This document shows, piece after piece, positions 50,020-63,165 of a DNA stretch of 64,000 nucleotides. The notes under the pieces are model-generated. The model saw only the letters and a list, made by a program, of their open reading frames with translations, had not been told where the DNA came from and did not search any database. The DNA lies in assembly GCA_002269645.1 (NCBI GenBank), contig NIVC01000732.1:124001-188000 (forward strand). Direction: 5' to 3'. Source of the stretch: Macrostomum lignano (taxonomy: Eukaryota). The position numbers and the translations under genes are program-made. Numbering within the stretch: position 1 is the first letter of the stretch; every line of letters starts with the position of its first letter.

Positions 50020-51006
50020 CCGGTGTTAGGGTTTCTGCTCTCCGGAGTTAAGGATCTCCGGCCCGGCGATCCAACCAAAAAAATTACGCGATTTTACAAT
50101 CGCCCTCACGGATATCAGGAACCATGACATAAGATAAGGTTACAGATCGCCGCCATGCTAGACTCTCCGGAGTATTATTATCTTAGAAAATTGGAAGATA
50201 AGAGATAAATTACGTTTCTCTGATTCTAGAAAGCCCAGCTCGTGAGCAGCCTATAGCTTGCGCAACTTTTTTTATGAGTTCATCCATCTAGTGCATCGTA
50301 CATTTGCATGCCCTGTGAGGGCTAAATTTAGGGTTGGCCAGACTTGTGCATCATTTTTCGTCTCTGTGCATTTGTCGAGGGATTTGATTGTCATATATAA
50401 GCAGTGAAATAAAACATATTGTGAGTAATTGTCTTTCTACTTTCTACTTGTCAAAGGGCTACTTTGAATCAAATATTCTTTTATGTACTGAACAATGACT
50501 GCGCACAAATTCCTGTCGACTTGAACTCGAGAGAGAAAAGCAATTTGAAGAGGCGCATCAGGGAAAAGAGCAGAAATTTTAGCATTCACGGATCGTACGG
50601 AATGTAAAATGTCTTGAAATGGAAAAAATGACTGACATTGTTAGCGATTTTTACTACCTTTTATGCTTCGATGAAAATTGTTAAACGGTTAAGAGAAGGA
50701 AACTACAACAACACTCGTTGCACGATTACGATTTCGGACTTTATAAAAATGGGGAAATCGGTAACCGGAGATCCTAAACCAAACCTTAGTTTTTGCACTC
50801 GTGACGGAGATCGGCAAACGGTGTAGAATCTCCGAGGGGATAACAGAATCTGGTTTTGGATCTCCGGATAGGGAGACCTGACCATGCCCCGGAGATCCCA
50901 CAACGGTTACGGATCTCCGATCGTGGAGATCCCTAACCGTTTGTATTCTCCGAAGGAGATCCTAAACCCTTTAAGAAGCCCCGGAGTTTCTAAACCGTAA
51001 TACCGG
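50020..51006. mobile_element. putative non-autonomous DNA transposon with subterminal GGAGATCC/CTCCGG repeats
   Basis: Imperfect TIR ccggtgttagggttt versus (reverse complement) ccggtattacggttt; inverted clusters of ggatctcc/ggagatcc; no TSD found. Confidence 0.4.
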
Positions 51007-51789
51007 CTTTAGTTTGCAAGGAATAGCGGCGTTGTTCTCTGTGGTCCATTCGTCGATCGGGTGCCTCCGCTTTTGGTCACTCTGGCGACCTCGCTGTCCG
51101 AGAAGCCTACTAGACCCCGCCGTACTCAGGTGAACTTCATTGCAGCTACGATAATTGATGATTAATTAGCCTCAAAAAGTTAATTGTTTCATAAAAAATG
51201 ATAATTCTGTTTTTCGCAACAGTTTTATTAAAAATTTGATTGCCACTGCTGGATATTAGCCAGCATTTAATGTAGAGACCATGCAGATGGACTCACCCTA
51301 TACGCTGCAATGCGTGTAAATTCCGTTAATTACATAAACTCAACCACGGTGCGTAAGTCTCTTTATTAATCAACGAAATTCTGAGCAACAGACTTTGCTG
51401 CCGCCGCCCGCCGGCCGCCGCTGCCGCCACTGAGTCTCGACTACAGGAGAGGGGGGCCCTGCAGACCGTGACAGCCCCGCTCTCGCGTCAACCGGTCCCT
51501 GGATAAATGATGCTTGTAATGAGTAATAAAAACTAGCTTTCATATTAGAGATAAATTTATTAGGATCTGAGGAAGGAGGGGGTTGCTGGGATGACCACAC
51601 CGATGGCTGCAGAGACAAATTTGCTTTCTATATGCGTAGTTTTTTAATGACCAAAAAGTAAGTGTGGGATAAAACTGACTGCCCGTATAGCCGCGCGGTC
51701 CCCGCGCTCTCATTCAGGGACTGCTGAATGAGCAGCAAGGATTCAACTGGATTGGAAACTATGAATTGAAATTTAGTTTCGAAGCAACC

Positions 51790-52175
51790 AGTATGGTGCC
51801 ACTATAGACATCATGACATCACATCTATGGTGTCTAATTACCATGCAGTATAGATACCAATGTGGCGCCACTATAGACACCAGTATGGCGCCAATATATA
51901 CACCAATGTGGCGCCACTATAGACACCAGTATGGCGCCACTATAGGCACCAATGTGGCGCCACTATAGACACCAGTATGGCGCCACTCTATACATCAATG
52001 TGGCGCCACTATAGACACCAGTATGGCGCCATTAGACACCAGTATGGCGCCACTCTATACAACAATGTGGCGCCACTATATACACCAAAATGGCGCCACT
52101 ATAGACACCAGTATAGCGCCACTATATACACCAATTTGGCGCCACTATAGACACCAGTATGGCGCGGTGGCGCCA
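51790..52175. repeat. 23-bp minisatellite (tggcgccactatagacaccagta)
   Basis: Tandem units visible. Confidence 0.88.
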
Positions 52176-54189
52176 CTATCGAAACCAATGTCTTTTGGGT
52201 CTGGGCTTGACGCTCAAGAATCTCAGGACAAGCTTCAATCCATGAGGTTCCCTATTTCCCAGTCCAGATCGCTTATCAACAATAATAGCAGTCCTTGTGC
52301 CGCATCCAGCATCAAAGGTAAGTGAAGCTTCTAGAATCAAATGCAGATAGCGGCAACCGCCTGGGGTTGGTTGACGATACCTGTCTGAAATAAAAGTGTG
52401 CTGTCCCATAGTCTCCAAGCGGTCTGGGACGCCCGCGGGTGCCTTATCATCACGTTATAAGCTCTCCCCACCTGTACACTGAGTCCCGCTTAATTACTGA
52501 AAATGGATTACTAATCCATGCTTCATAGCGCCGGTAGCTAGCAAAAAATTATTTAAAAATATGATAAGAGCAGTCAAATTCAGCTATCCTGATCCAGCGT
52601 TTTGGGAAGTGCTATTAGACAGTAAATTTTCCTCTGATTTCTTTGACAGTCTTCAGAATGAAGGCAACGGAGACTGGAGACATCTGTGATGAATAAATGA
52701 TCTTGCGTCCTCGGCTGAAGGGGTGCTTCGCTGAAGGAGGGTAGCGCCGCAGAGTATGGGCGGCCATCCTCATCACTCTGCAGTTCACATTTCCTGCATC
52801 AATGAAACAGATTGCACAGTGGGACCTGTACAGGTATAGTTAAGCTTGGCCACAACACCTTCAGATTGGTTTAATAGCCCATGCAGGGTGACCAACTCAT
52901 AAACGGATTATTAATTATGATTATTATCAGACCAGACCCACACCCTATAATGCCCCCACACTGTATAAAAGATAACCGCTGTTCATCAGCGCTCTGATGA
53001 AAGGCAAGGCTGTGTGACTCTTCTCTTTCATCTGGTTTCCAACCACCGCCTCGAGCCTTCCCGCATCTGCCCACATGTTGCTCGCAGTTTTAGCTCAACT
53101 GCTCACTGCTCACCCCCCCCCCCATACCACCGAGTTTTGCTGCTGGTTCAAAAACTTTTCAAAGAGTCAAAGTGGTGCTCTGTCCCCCCCCCCAACCCCT
53201 CCATAACCCGCGCCTCCATCGACACCAAATTAAATTGAAATCCCTCACCACTCACACACACAATGATGGAATTCCCTCGCTTACTGACTGATAAATGCCT
53301 CAGATGCTGCTGGACTGCAGGCCCGCAGAAAAATAAATATTATAGGTAGGGTAGATACGGACCACTTTCAGTCTGCCTGTTGGTTAGCTCATGGAGCTCC
53401 AGTAGTTTCATCTGGATTGGGAGCAAGGATTTTTTGCTTGACTTGGAAACTGCATGAACCCGGGCCAGGCAGGGTGATCTTGCTTGGGCCACTTTAACTT
53501 TCTACATATTTTTACACAGTTAAAATTTAAAAGTCTAAGGTAAAAATAGACTTCCTCGATGGAGTCTCACCCACTCCAGGTACTGTTAGTTGCTGTCCAT
53601 GACAAAGCTGACTCTATATTGGAGAAACGATGATTATTCACAAGCCTCCGGGAGACCGGTAGGGTGGGCCGGACCCTCAGCTTCGGGAAGGGGGGGGGTG
53701 CAGTTAGCGCGGCACAGGTGTCTGGGTGTGAGCAGTGGTGACTAAAGCAATGATGCATTTTCTGCTGGCGCGGGCAGCATCAGCAAACTAAAAATGGATT
53801 ATGGAGGCTGACTGACCGGACTCCCACACCATATAATTATCACTGTTTCAAGTGTTGCTTGCACAGATCAAATCTAATATTAGAAATCGTGCCTACATTA
53901 TCTTTCAGTTCTAATGCAGCTCAACAAGAGACAGAGAGACAGACTAAATGACTAAAATACTCGTAATTCATACAACCCAAGTGGGTGGCAAATATATTAT
54001 GAAGACAAAGCGACCCCGTAGATGTGGTCATTTCTGTTTTAATCAGGGCCCCATCAGTATCATTTTGTAATTAGCGTTGAAAAGCTAACAAATAAAATTG
54101 ATTGCTTAGCAAAGTCTCATCAATAATTCTCTGCTAAAACTGCCGTATTGCAGCAGAGTGACCGTCTTTCAGGTCAGCTAATGCCGCAG

Positions 54190-54900
54190 TGTCTGACACA
54201 GTGCCGCTACCCCCTGACACCAAATCTGACACAGTGCCGCTACCCCCTGACACCAAATCTGACTCAGTGCCGCTACCCCCTGACACCAAATCTGACACAG
54301 TGCCGCTACCCCCCTGACACCAAATCTGACACAGTGCCGCTACCCCCCTGACACCAAATCTGACACAGTGCCGCTACCCCCCTGACACCAAATCTGACAC
54401 AGTGCCGCTACCCCCCTGACACCAAATCTGACACAGTGCCGCTACCCCTGACACCAAATCTGACGCAGTGCCGCTACCCCCCTGACACCAAATCTGACAC
54501 AGTGCCGCTACCCCCCTGACACCAAATCTGACACAGTGCCGCTACCCCCTGTCACTATCTGACACAGTGCCGCTACCCCCCTGACACCAAATCTGACACA
54601 GTGCCGCTACCCCTCTGACAGCGTCTGACACAAACGTTGGCCCCAACCATCTGACACAGACATGAGCCCCAACCATATGACACAGGCATTAGCCCAACCA
54701 TCTGACACAGCCATTGGCCCCACCATCTGACACCCATTGGCCCCACCATCTGACACAGCCATTGGCCCCACCATCTGACACCCATTGGCCCCACCATCTG
54801 ACACAGCCATTGGCCCCACCATCTGACACCCATTGGCCCCACCATCTGACACAGCCATTGGCCCAAAGATATCACACAGATGGGGCCACCATCTGACTGA
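54190..54900. repeat. compound minisatellite: about 33-bp unit followed by a 22-26-bp unit related to the 32880-34160 array (inverted)
   Basis: ctgacacagtgccgctaccccctgacaccaaat units, then ccatctgacacagccattggcccca units. Confidence 0.9.
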
Positions 54901-55389
54901 CCAAATATTTTCTTTGGATACAGAAACCCTAAGCCATTTTTTTAAGGTAACTCGCTTTGCTGTAAATGAAGATACGCTATAGTTTTTTATCGAAAAGCTA
55001 CATAATTTATTCTACAGGACAAATGACACTACTTCAAGTAGTTCGTATTCAATTCAGTATTTAGTGTTAAGAAAAGCTTCTGAAAAAATTGTCTATGGAT
55101 AAAGTTATCAACCGATTCAAGTCTAGTCTAGGCATTGTAGAATTTCAGCGATAGAAGGCGCACGGAAGCATCACTAATCTGTCTGAGAAACCAACAAAAT
55201 TAAAAAGAACATTCCAATAATTTTCGACAACGCACCAACCTGGAATCATGAGTCCAACTAGCGGTCCAGATGTCATTAATGGTTGGAAAATTGTCACAAC
55301 AGAAGAGACTGTTGTTGAGTCCTACTCTTTAGAGGTAGGGTATGATTAAATTATGATTCGTTTATTAATAGAATTCAGACAGAATTCCA

Positions 55390-55800
55390 GGATGTCAGGA
55401 TGTCAGAATGTCAAAATCTCAGAATGTCAGGATGTCAGAAGTTCCGGATGTCCGGATGTCCGGATGTTCGGATGTTCGGATGTTCGGATTTCCAGATGTC
55501 AGGATGTCAAAATGTCAGGATATCAGGATTTCAGAATGTCAGGATGTCAGGATGTCCGGATGTCAGAAGTTCCGGATGTCCGGATGTCCGGATGTCCGGA
55601 TGTTCGGATGTTTGGATGTCCAGATGTCAGGATGTCAAAATGTCAGGATATCAGGATTTCAGAATGTCAGGATGTCAGGATGTCAGGATGTCAGAAGTTC
55701 CGGATGTCCGGATGTCCGGATGTTCGGATGTTCGGATGTCTAGATGTCAGGATGTCAGGATGTCAGGATGTCAGGATGTCAGGATGTCAGGATGTCAGAG
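55390..55800. repeat. 8-bp repeat (gatgtcag/gatgtccg)
   Basis: Tandem units visible. Confidence 0.92.
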
Positions 55801-56023
55801 ACGTCATTTGGGGAGTGGTCGAAGGAAGCTCGAAGTTTCCTAGGCTCAATACTTCACAACTTTGAGTTAGTGTAATTTCGAGCTTGTGAAAGCGACACGG
55901 TTCGATTTGTGTTCGATTTTGTTGATAAAACAAAATATTTGAAGCTTCAACCCCCCCCCCTCGCCTCGCCGCAAACGCAATATGGTTGTATTTTTCGACA
56001 CCCCCCTGTCACTGCAGACGACA

Positions 56024-56592
56024 ATGACAGTCACCACAGAGTACAGCGACGGGACCAAAACTCAGAGTAAGACGTGCACAACAACAAAGAAAGACAGTTC
56101 AGTTGTCACCGGTCTCACCACAAAGCAGGTCCACTCAGTGTATGGCCAGGACATCAGCTGCATCTCCAAGCAGCTCAATCTTATGCTCAAAGACAACTCA
56201 TTGGCTGCCGATTACCTGCCAGTGGATGAGGTCAGCCTGTACACCGGCATGCTGGATGGCATCCTGCTCTGCGCCATGGTCAACCTGCTCCAGCCGGACA
56301 CCATCGACCTCAGCGCCGTGACCAGACGTTCCGACCTGAATAATTGTCCACCTGAGAATGCAGAGCAGCTGAAGATTCAGAATCGAAATTTAGGATTCTG
56401 TTTGTTAAAACCGTTGGGCGTGTCCATTGATAGCTTGAAAGTTCAAGAGATGCTGGAAAAGGGCTGTGTATTCGCTCTGACCAGCATACTTATTCAAGTG
56501 CTGCGATTAACTACGATTGGTAGAATGAATTTCAAGGAACACGAAGTGTTGGTGTACCTGTTCGATGGGTGGTCGAATCCCGAGGAAGCCAG
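56024..56592 (+). CDS. plastin/fimbrin-like protein, exon with CH1 (start codon uncertain; acceptor at 56017)
   Basis: HS...LN..L..D..LP....L...DGILLCAMVNLLQPDTID...NL aligns by eye to plastin ABD1; donor ag|gtgtga (phase 2). Confidence 0.8.
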
Positions 56593-56639
56593 GTGTGAAT
56601 TATTTACTTGGAGTTCAGTATCTTTTCGTGGTGGTTTCA

Positions 56640-57265
56640 AACTGTGTCTCAACCTGTCTCTCAATCTATGTCTCGATCTGCGTCTCAATCTGTCTCAGTC
56701 TGTCTCAATCTGTGTCTCAGTCTGTGTCTCAGTCTGTGTCTCAATCTGGGTCTCAGTCTGTGTCTCAGTCTGTGTCTCAGTCTGTGTCTCAATCTGTGTC
56801 TCAATCTGTCTCAGTCTGTCTCAATCTGTGTCTCAGTCTGTCTCAGTCTGTGTCTCAGTCTGTGTCTCAATCTGGGTCTCAGTCTGTGTCTCAACCTGTG
56901 TCTCAGTCTGTGTCTCAGTCTGTGTCTCAGTCTGTGTCTCAATCTGTGTCTCAGTCTGTCTCAATCTGTGTCTCGATCTGTGTCTCAATCTGTCTCAGTC
57001 TGTCTCAATCTGTGTCTCAATCTGTGTCTCAGTCTGTGTCTTAATCTGTGTCTCAGTCTGTGTCTCAATCTGTGTCTCAGTCTGTATCTCGATCTGTGTC
57101 TCAGTCTGTGTCTCAATCTGTGTCTTAATCTGTGTCTCGATCTGTGTCTCAGTCTGTGTCTTAATCTGTGTCTCGATCTGTGTCTCAGTCTCATTCTGTC
57201 TCAATCTGTGTCTCGATCTGTGTCTCAGTCTGTGTCTCAGTCCGTGTCTGAGTCTGTGTCTTAAT
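56640..57265. repeat. (tctgtgtctcag/aatc)n 12-bp-type repeat in the plastin-like intron
   Basis: Low-complexity tandem; extends the 449-aa ORF spuriously. Confidence 0.93.
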
Positions 57266-57276
57266 TCTTGTTTTTT

Positions 57277-57335
57277 ATTACCTGCCCTAATGGCCAAATG
57301 TCGAACCGACAGCTCAGCCGCAGCTATCTGAAGGC
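57277..57335 (-). mobile_element. 3' fragment of the same SINE family as 40856-41161
   Basis: acctgccctaatggccaaatgtcgaaccgacagctcagccgcagctat versus acctgccccgattgggccagatgtgcaaccggcagctcagccgcagctat. Confidence 0.65.
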
Positions 57336-57498
57336 TTCCACTAGTAGGCTACAACCCCTTTTCCGTGATGGATGATCTGTAAGCTTAAGCTCAGTGAGTA
57401 AGCAAAGTTCTTCTTGAAGTTCTCTTGCTAGCCAACTGGGAATGTTTCACAAAATCATAACAAATGGAGAGTTGAAATTTTTTTCGCATCATCCGCAG

Positions 57499-58081
57499 AG
57501 AGATTCTTGCCACCGGCCGTGAAGAGATGCTACTCCGCTGGGTGAACTACCAGATGAAACAGGCAGGAACCGATCTCGAGGTGAAAGAGGTCGGCAAGAG
57601 CTTAGCAGACTGCAGCATCTACGCCAACCTGCTCTGGGCAGTCTGTCCTATCGCCAAGCGGGGCGCCCTCATGCCCATTGGCGACGTCTTGAAGCCGGAC
57701 AGTTTCGTCACCCGGGCGGAACGCGTGATTTCTAACGCCAGCAAGTTGAACATCGCTGACGTAATCACGCCGCAGCACATCGCCCACGCTGGCGAAGAGA
57801 CGGACACGATAGCTGGTCTGCACCGAGTCTCTCTGAATGCCGCCTTTCTCTACAACATATTCTCCAGCTATCCCAATATTAAGGTGCCGAAAATGAAGAC
57901 ACCAACGCCGTCAACGGACGCCGATGCTGTAGTAGACGAATCGCTCAGAGAGCAGCTGAGATCCTGGTGCAAACGCGGCGCCTCCGAGGAGACTCTGATC
58001 CGCTGGCTGAACTCGTTCGGACCCTCGGATCCTGTGCAGTCGATTGAATCCGATCTGTGCAACGGCAGCGTCCTGCTCCAG
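57499..58081 (+). CDS. plastin-like exon (CH2 and start of CH3)
   Basis: EEMLLRWVNYQM...DCSIYANLL...RAE.VI.NA.KL...EETLIRWLNS; acceptor ccgcag, donor gtgaga. Confidence 0.85.
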
Positions 58082-58152
58082 GTGAGAACCGATCGATTAG
58101 CTAATCGATCAATCAAGGGATTTTTATCAATTAACTTACTGCTTTAATCCAG

Positions 58153-58530
58153 GTGTGGGAAGCCATGATCCCCGGCTCAGTCGCGTGGTCCAAGGTAAAT
58201 CTCAAAGTCTACAGCTCGACGGTAGTGCAGAATACCAAGCGCAAATTCCAATGGATGTGCAACTGCGAAGAGGTGCTCAACTGCGCCATCAAGGCGGGCA
58301 TCCCCAGGAACTGCTGCAGCCCGGCCGAACTAGCGAGCGGCCACGCAAAGAACACCATGTCGCTGGTGTTTCAAATGATGCGCCTGCACGCGCAGCTGTC
58401 GCGCAAGTGCACAATCAGCGGAGTCGGCAGAGGAAAAAAAGTAGCCGACCTCGACGACGCCGAACTGGTGAAATGGTTTAACACCAAGATTTCTGCTTTT
58501 GGTTCCGATTTTCAACTGACGAATCTAGGA
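58153..58530 (+). CDS. plastin-like exon (rest of CH3, start of CH4)
   Basis: V.WSKVN...NC...L...SLVFQMMR...DAELVKWFN; acceptor tccag, donor gtgagt. Confidence 0.85.
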
Positions 58531-58704
58531 GTGAGTGAAAACTTTCAGTGACTTTGTTAATCAAAGTTTTTAGCGGAGTAGTAAAGCGTCCGACTCTCCC
58601 GCCAAAGGCTCCTGAGTTTGATTCTATGCACGTATCATTGGGCTCGTGCATCAAATAAAATAGTCAGCTTTAGGCACCAAGGTGGCTCCAAAGCATAATC
58701 AAAC

Positions 58705-59035
58705 CTCCAAGGGGATGATCTAATCTGCATGGGGATGATCCAACCTCCATGGGGGATGATCCTACCTCCATGGGGGATGATCCAACCTCCATGGGGGATG
58801 ATCCAACCTCCATGGGGGATGATCCAACCTCCAAGGGATAATCTAATCTGCAAGGGGATGATCCAACCTCCATGAAGATAATCCAATCTCTATGGAGATG
58901 ATCCAACCTCCTCCATGGGGATAATACAACCTCTATGGGAATGATCTACTCTCCATGGAGATGATCCAACCTCTATGGGCATGATCTAATCTCCATGGAG
59001 ATGAGCCAACCTCCACGGGAATGATCCAACCTTCA
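58705..59035. repeat. 21-bp minisatellite (atccaacctccatgggggatg)
   Basis: Tandem units visible. Confidence 0.88.
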
Positions 59036-59194
59036 AGGCGTAGACCAAACCCCTATTTAAACTGCTGCCTTGATTTGACGGTTAGGGGGCTCCCAAATCC
59101 GTCAAGTAGTCCGTCACTAAGTACGCTCGTAGTTTTAGCTTGATTCTTATCGAATTATCTCTGAATCAAAGAAGTAAAATAAACACGCACACAG

Positions 59195-60211
59195 GATTTG
59201 CGACTGAAGAACACCAACGTTATTGGATATTTTGGCGAGAGACTTCTCGTAGAGATTGGTCTATGCTTCCGATTCACTGAGCACTCTCATCAGAAGCAGA
59301 GTGGAGAAACTCCAGCACTGCCACCGCCGTCTCCGCTGCCGGCACTACCGGCGCCACCGCCGCCGCCGCCGCCGCCTCCACCGCCTCCTCCACCGCCACC
59401 GCCGTCACCACCACCTCAGTCTCCGCCGCCGCCACCACCGCCACCACCACCGCCACCTCCGCAGGAAACCCAGCTAGTTTTGAAGCCACCGCAGCAGGTG
59501 GTGCCACAAAAGACTCCGACGCCACCGCCGCCGCCGACGCCGCCGCCGCCACCTCCACAGTCTCCAAAGAATTCGCCGCAACAGAAACCTTCGTTGCCAG
59601 GGGCTGGTAGCAAAGCGTCTGAACAGCCGAAACTTTTGAAAGACAGCGGCTCAGGAACTAGCAAATCGTCTAACCAAATGAGCACCCTTGCCGTACCGCA
59701 GAAGCAACCGCAAAACTCAGGCGGAAAAGGCAATTCGTCGAGTGGAAAGACGGCCGGCAATTCGTCGAGCGGGAAGACGTCCGGCAATTCGACGAGCGGG
59801 AAACCTTCCGGCAACCGATCGTATACCAGCTTCACCAGTACGTCTTCAAAATCGTCGAAGAGCTACAGCAAAACGACATCATCTTCTAGCTACTCCAAGT
59901 GGTCGTATGGCAACCGGAACGCAGCTGATGAAGATCAGGAAAATGCGATTGAGGAGGCTGAAACTCAGGGGACGCCCGATCTGCAGGATCTCGAGAGTGC
60001 TAACAACGATCCCAACGACGGCGACTGGATATTCGAGAAGGTGTCGCCTGTTTCCGGCGAAGCGTTGACGCAGTTCTCTGTCGCCGCGATTCTGATGTTC
60101 AACAAGGCTGGCATCGTTGTGTACGCCAGTCACCTGGGTCCTGACACCGATTCTGCTGTGTACCGCAGCATTCTGATGGAGCTCAACGCGCTGTCCTTGA
60201 AGAAGGCCTAA
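59195..60211 (+). CDS. probable last exon of the plastin-like gene: polyproline, Ser/Gly/Lys-rich and short C-terminal domain
   Basis: Acceptor cacag|GAT is in phase 0 with the previous exon; 338-codon open frame with mixed Pro codons; AATAAA at about 60387. The join to the CH exons is inferred. Confidence 0.65.
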   Translation, partial: DLRLKNTNVIGYFGERLLVEIGLCFRFTEHSHQKQSGETPALPPPSPLPALPAPPPPPPPPPPPPPPPPPSPPPQSPPPPPPPPPPPPPQETQLVLKPPQQVVPQKTPTPPPPPTPPPPPPQSPKNSPQQKPSLPGAGSKASEQPKLLKDSGSGTSKSSNQMSTLAVPQKQPQNSGGKGNSSSGKTAGNSSSGKTSGNSTSGKPSGNRSYTSFTSTSSKSSKSYSKTTSSSSYSKWSYGNRNAADEDQENAIEEAETQGTPDLQDLESANNDPNDGDWIFEKVSPVSGEALTQFSVAAILMFNKAGIVVYASHLGPDTDSAVYRSILMELNALSLKKA

Positions 60212-60521
60212 AAAGGCTTTTGATTGATTTTGAAATTTATTTATACGCTGGCGTTGTCTTCTGTTTTCTCAGTTTGGCTTGAAGTAACTGCGACCAAAAG
60301 CATTAAACAGCTATACATGTAGAAAAAGTGCAAAACACCTTCATTAAAAGTGCCCAATCCGAAACGCCAACCAAACCAAAGCTTATTAATAAAACTTCAA
60401 TGCCGTAATGAAGTGCAAGTCTATTCTAGCATCGATTATCACAAATTTTGTTTGTTTTTGCATTTCGAATTTTCTATTGTGCTTCGATGAAGGATTCCTA
60501 CTGAAAGTGTGAAACTAGTGA

Positions 60522-62154
<1,633 letters not shown>

Positions 62155-62350
62155 TGTAGTCTGGCTTGTTGGTGCGCGTGCACTTAGATGTGCACGTCTG
62201 GCTGGTTTGGGGGTTGGGGTTTAGTGCTGCGGCGGGTGCGTGCTTAGGGTGGTTACACCCACCCCAACTTTGGCATTAAATATATTGGCGTGAGCCAGTG
62301 AGGTCTCCTCACGTTTTGTTATTCACTGCAACTCAACCCACGGTCTTACA
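62155..62350 (+). repeat. 5' LTR (196 bp), TGTA...TACA
   Basis: Inverted terminal tetranucleotides, followed after 1 nt by the PBS. Confidence 0.85.
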
Positions 62351-62351
62351 C

Positions 62352-62364
62352 TGGTGGCAGCGGT
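62352..62364 (+). promoter_or_regulatory. primer-binding site complementary to the tRNA-Leu 3' end
   Basis: TGGTGGCAGCGGT is complementary to ...ACCGCUGCCACCA of eukaryotic tRNA-Leu(AAG/UAG), as recalled. Confidence 0.8.
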
Positions 62365-62370
62365 CTCAGT

Positions 62371-63165
62371 ATGGCCAAATCAGAGCAAGCCAGTTTATTG
62401 CCTCCAAAGTTCAGCGGCGACTCCAACGTGAGAATGTGGCTAAGCACGTGTGAGGACTTCGCCGACGACTGCGAATGGGACGACAAGAAGAAGGCAAAGA
62501 AGCTGAGACTGCTGGTGACAGGAGAAGCGCAAATCTTCGTCTGGGAGCAGCCGGCAGACGTGTCAGCCAGCTATGAAAGGCTGAAGGAGAAGCTGATCGA
62601 GTGCTTCGGCAACAGTCTGAGCTGCTACAGAGCAATGGAGGAGTTTGAAGAGCGAAAGCGACAGTCCAACGAGTCGCTGAGGGAGCTCGCCTACAGCCTG
62701 AAGCTTCTCCACCTTCGGGCCCGCCCGGACGACTCCGTGGCGGCTCGGGAAAAGGACGTGAAGTTTCGCCTGATGCGCCTCCTGCCATCTGCCGTGAGAG
62801 ATGCGCTGTTGAAGGACCAGGACGCGGACTCGTGTTCGCTGGCCGCCATCGTCGACAGAGCTGCGCAGCTTGAGCTGGTGAGCCACGCAACTACAGCCTC
62901 ATCAGCCGCGGTGTCGGTAGAAGACAGACGGCTGAGCCAGCTGGAGCAGCAGGTGCAGCAGCTGACAGCCAGCGTGCGAACGGGACCACCCGGAAGAGAC
63001 AGGCGTCAGAAGGGACCCATTAAGTGCTTCAGCTGCGGCGAGCCGGGTCACATTGCTAGGCGGTGCCCAAAGACGATCGGCAGCCGCTGCAGCCGGTGCT
63101 CAGGCAAGGGTCACTCCGCCGCGGTGTGCCCGACACCAACTGGTCAGCCGCAGGGAAACTTCTGA
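62371..63165 (+). CDS. gag: Gag with two CCHC zinc knuckles, 264 aa
   Basis: PPKFSG..W..., CFSCGEPGHIARRC and CSRCSGKGHSAAVC. Confidence 0.93.
   Translation: MAKSEQASLLPPKFSGDSNVRMWLSTCEDFADDCEWDDKKKAKKLRLLVTGEAQIFVWEQPADVSASYERLKEKLIECFGNSLSCYRAMEEFEERKRQSNESLRELAYSLKLLHLRARPDDSVAAREKDVKFRLMRLLPSAVRDALLKDQDADSCSLAAIVDRAAQLELVSHATTASSAAVSVEDRRLSQLEQQVQQLTASVRTGPPGRDRRQKGPIKCFSCGEPGHIARRCPKTIGSRCSRCSGKGHSAAVCPTPTGQPQGNF

Noticed and set aside
56593-57331. Extension of the plastin-like ORF into SVCV/LCLS repeats
   Set aside because: It lies after a good donor site and consists of intronic low-complexity repeat; the protein continues properly at 57499.
58570-58630. tRNA gene (A-box- and B-box-like words)
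   Set aside because: No cloverleaf or acceptor stem could be formed; at most a decayed SINE head.
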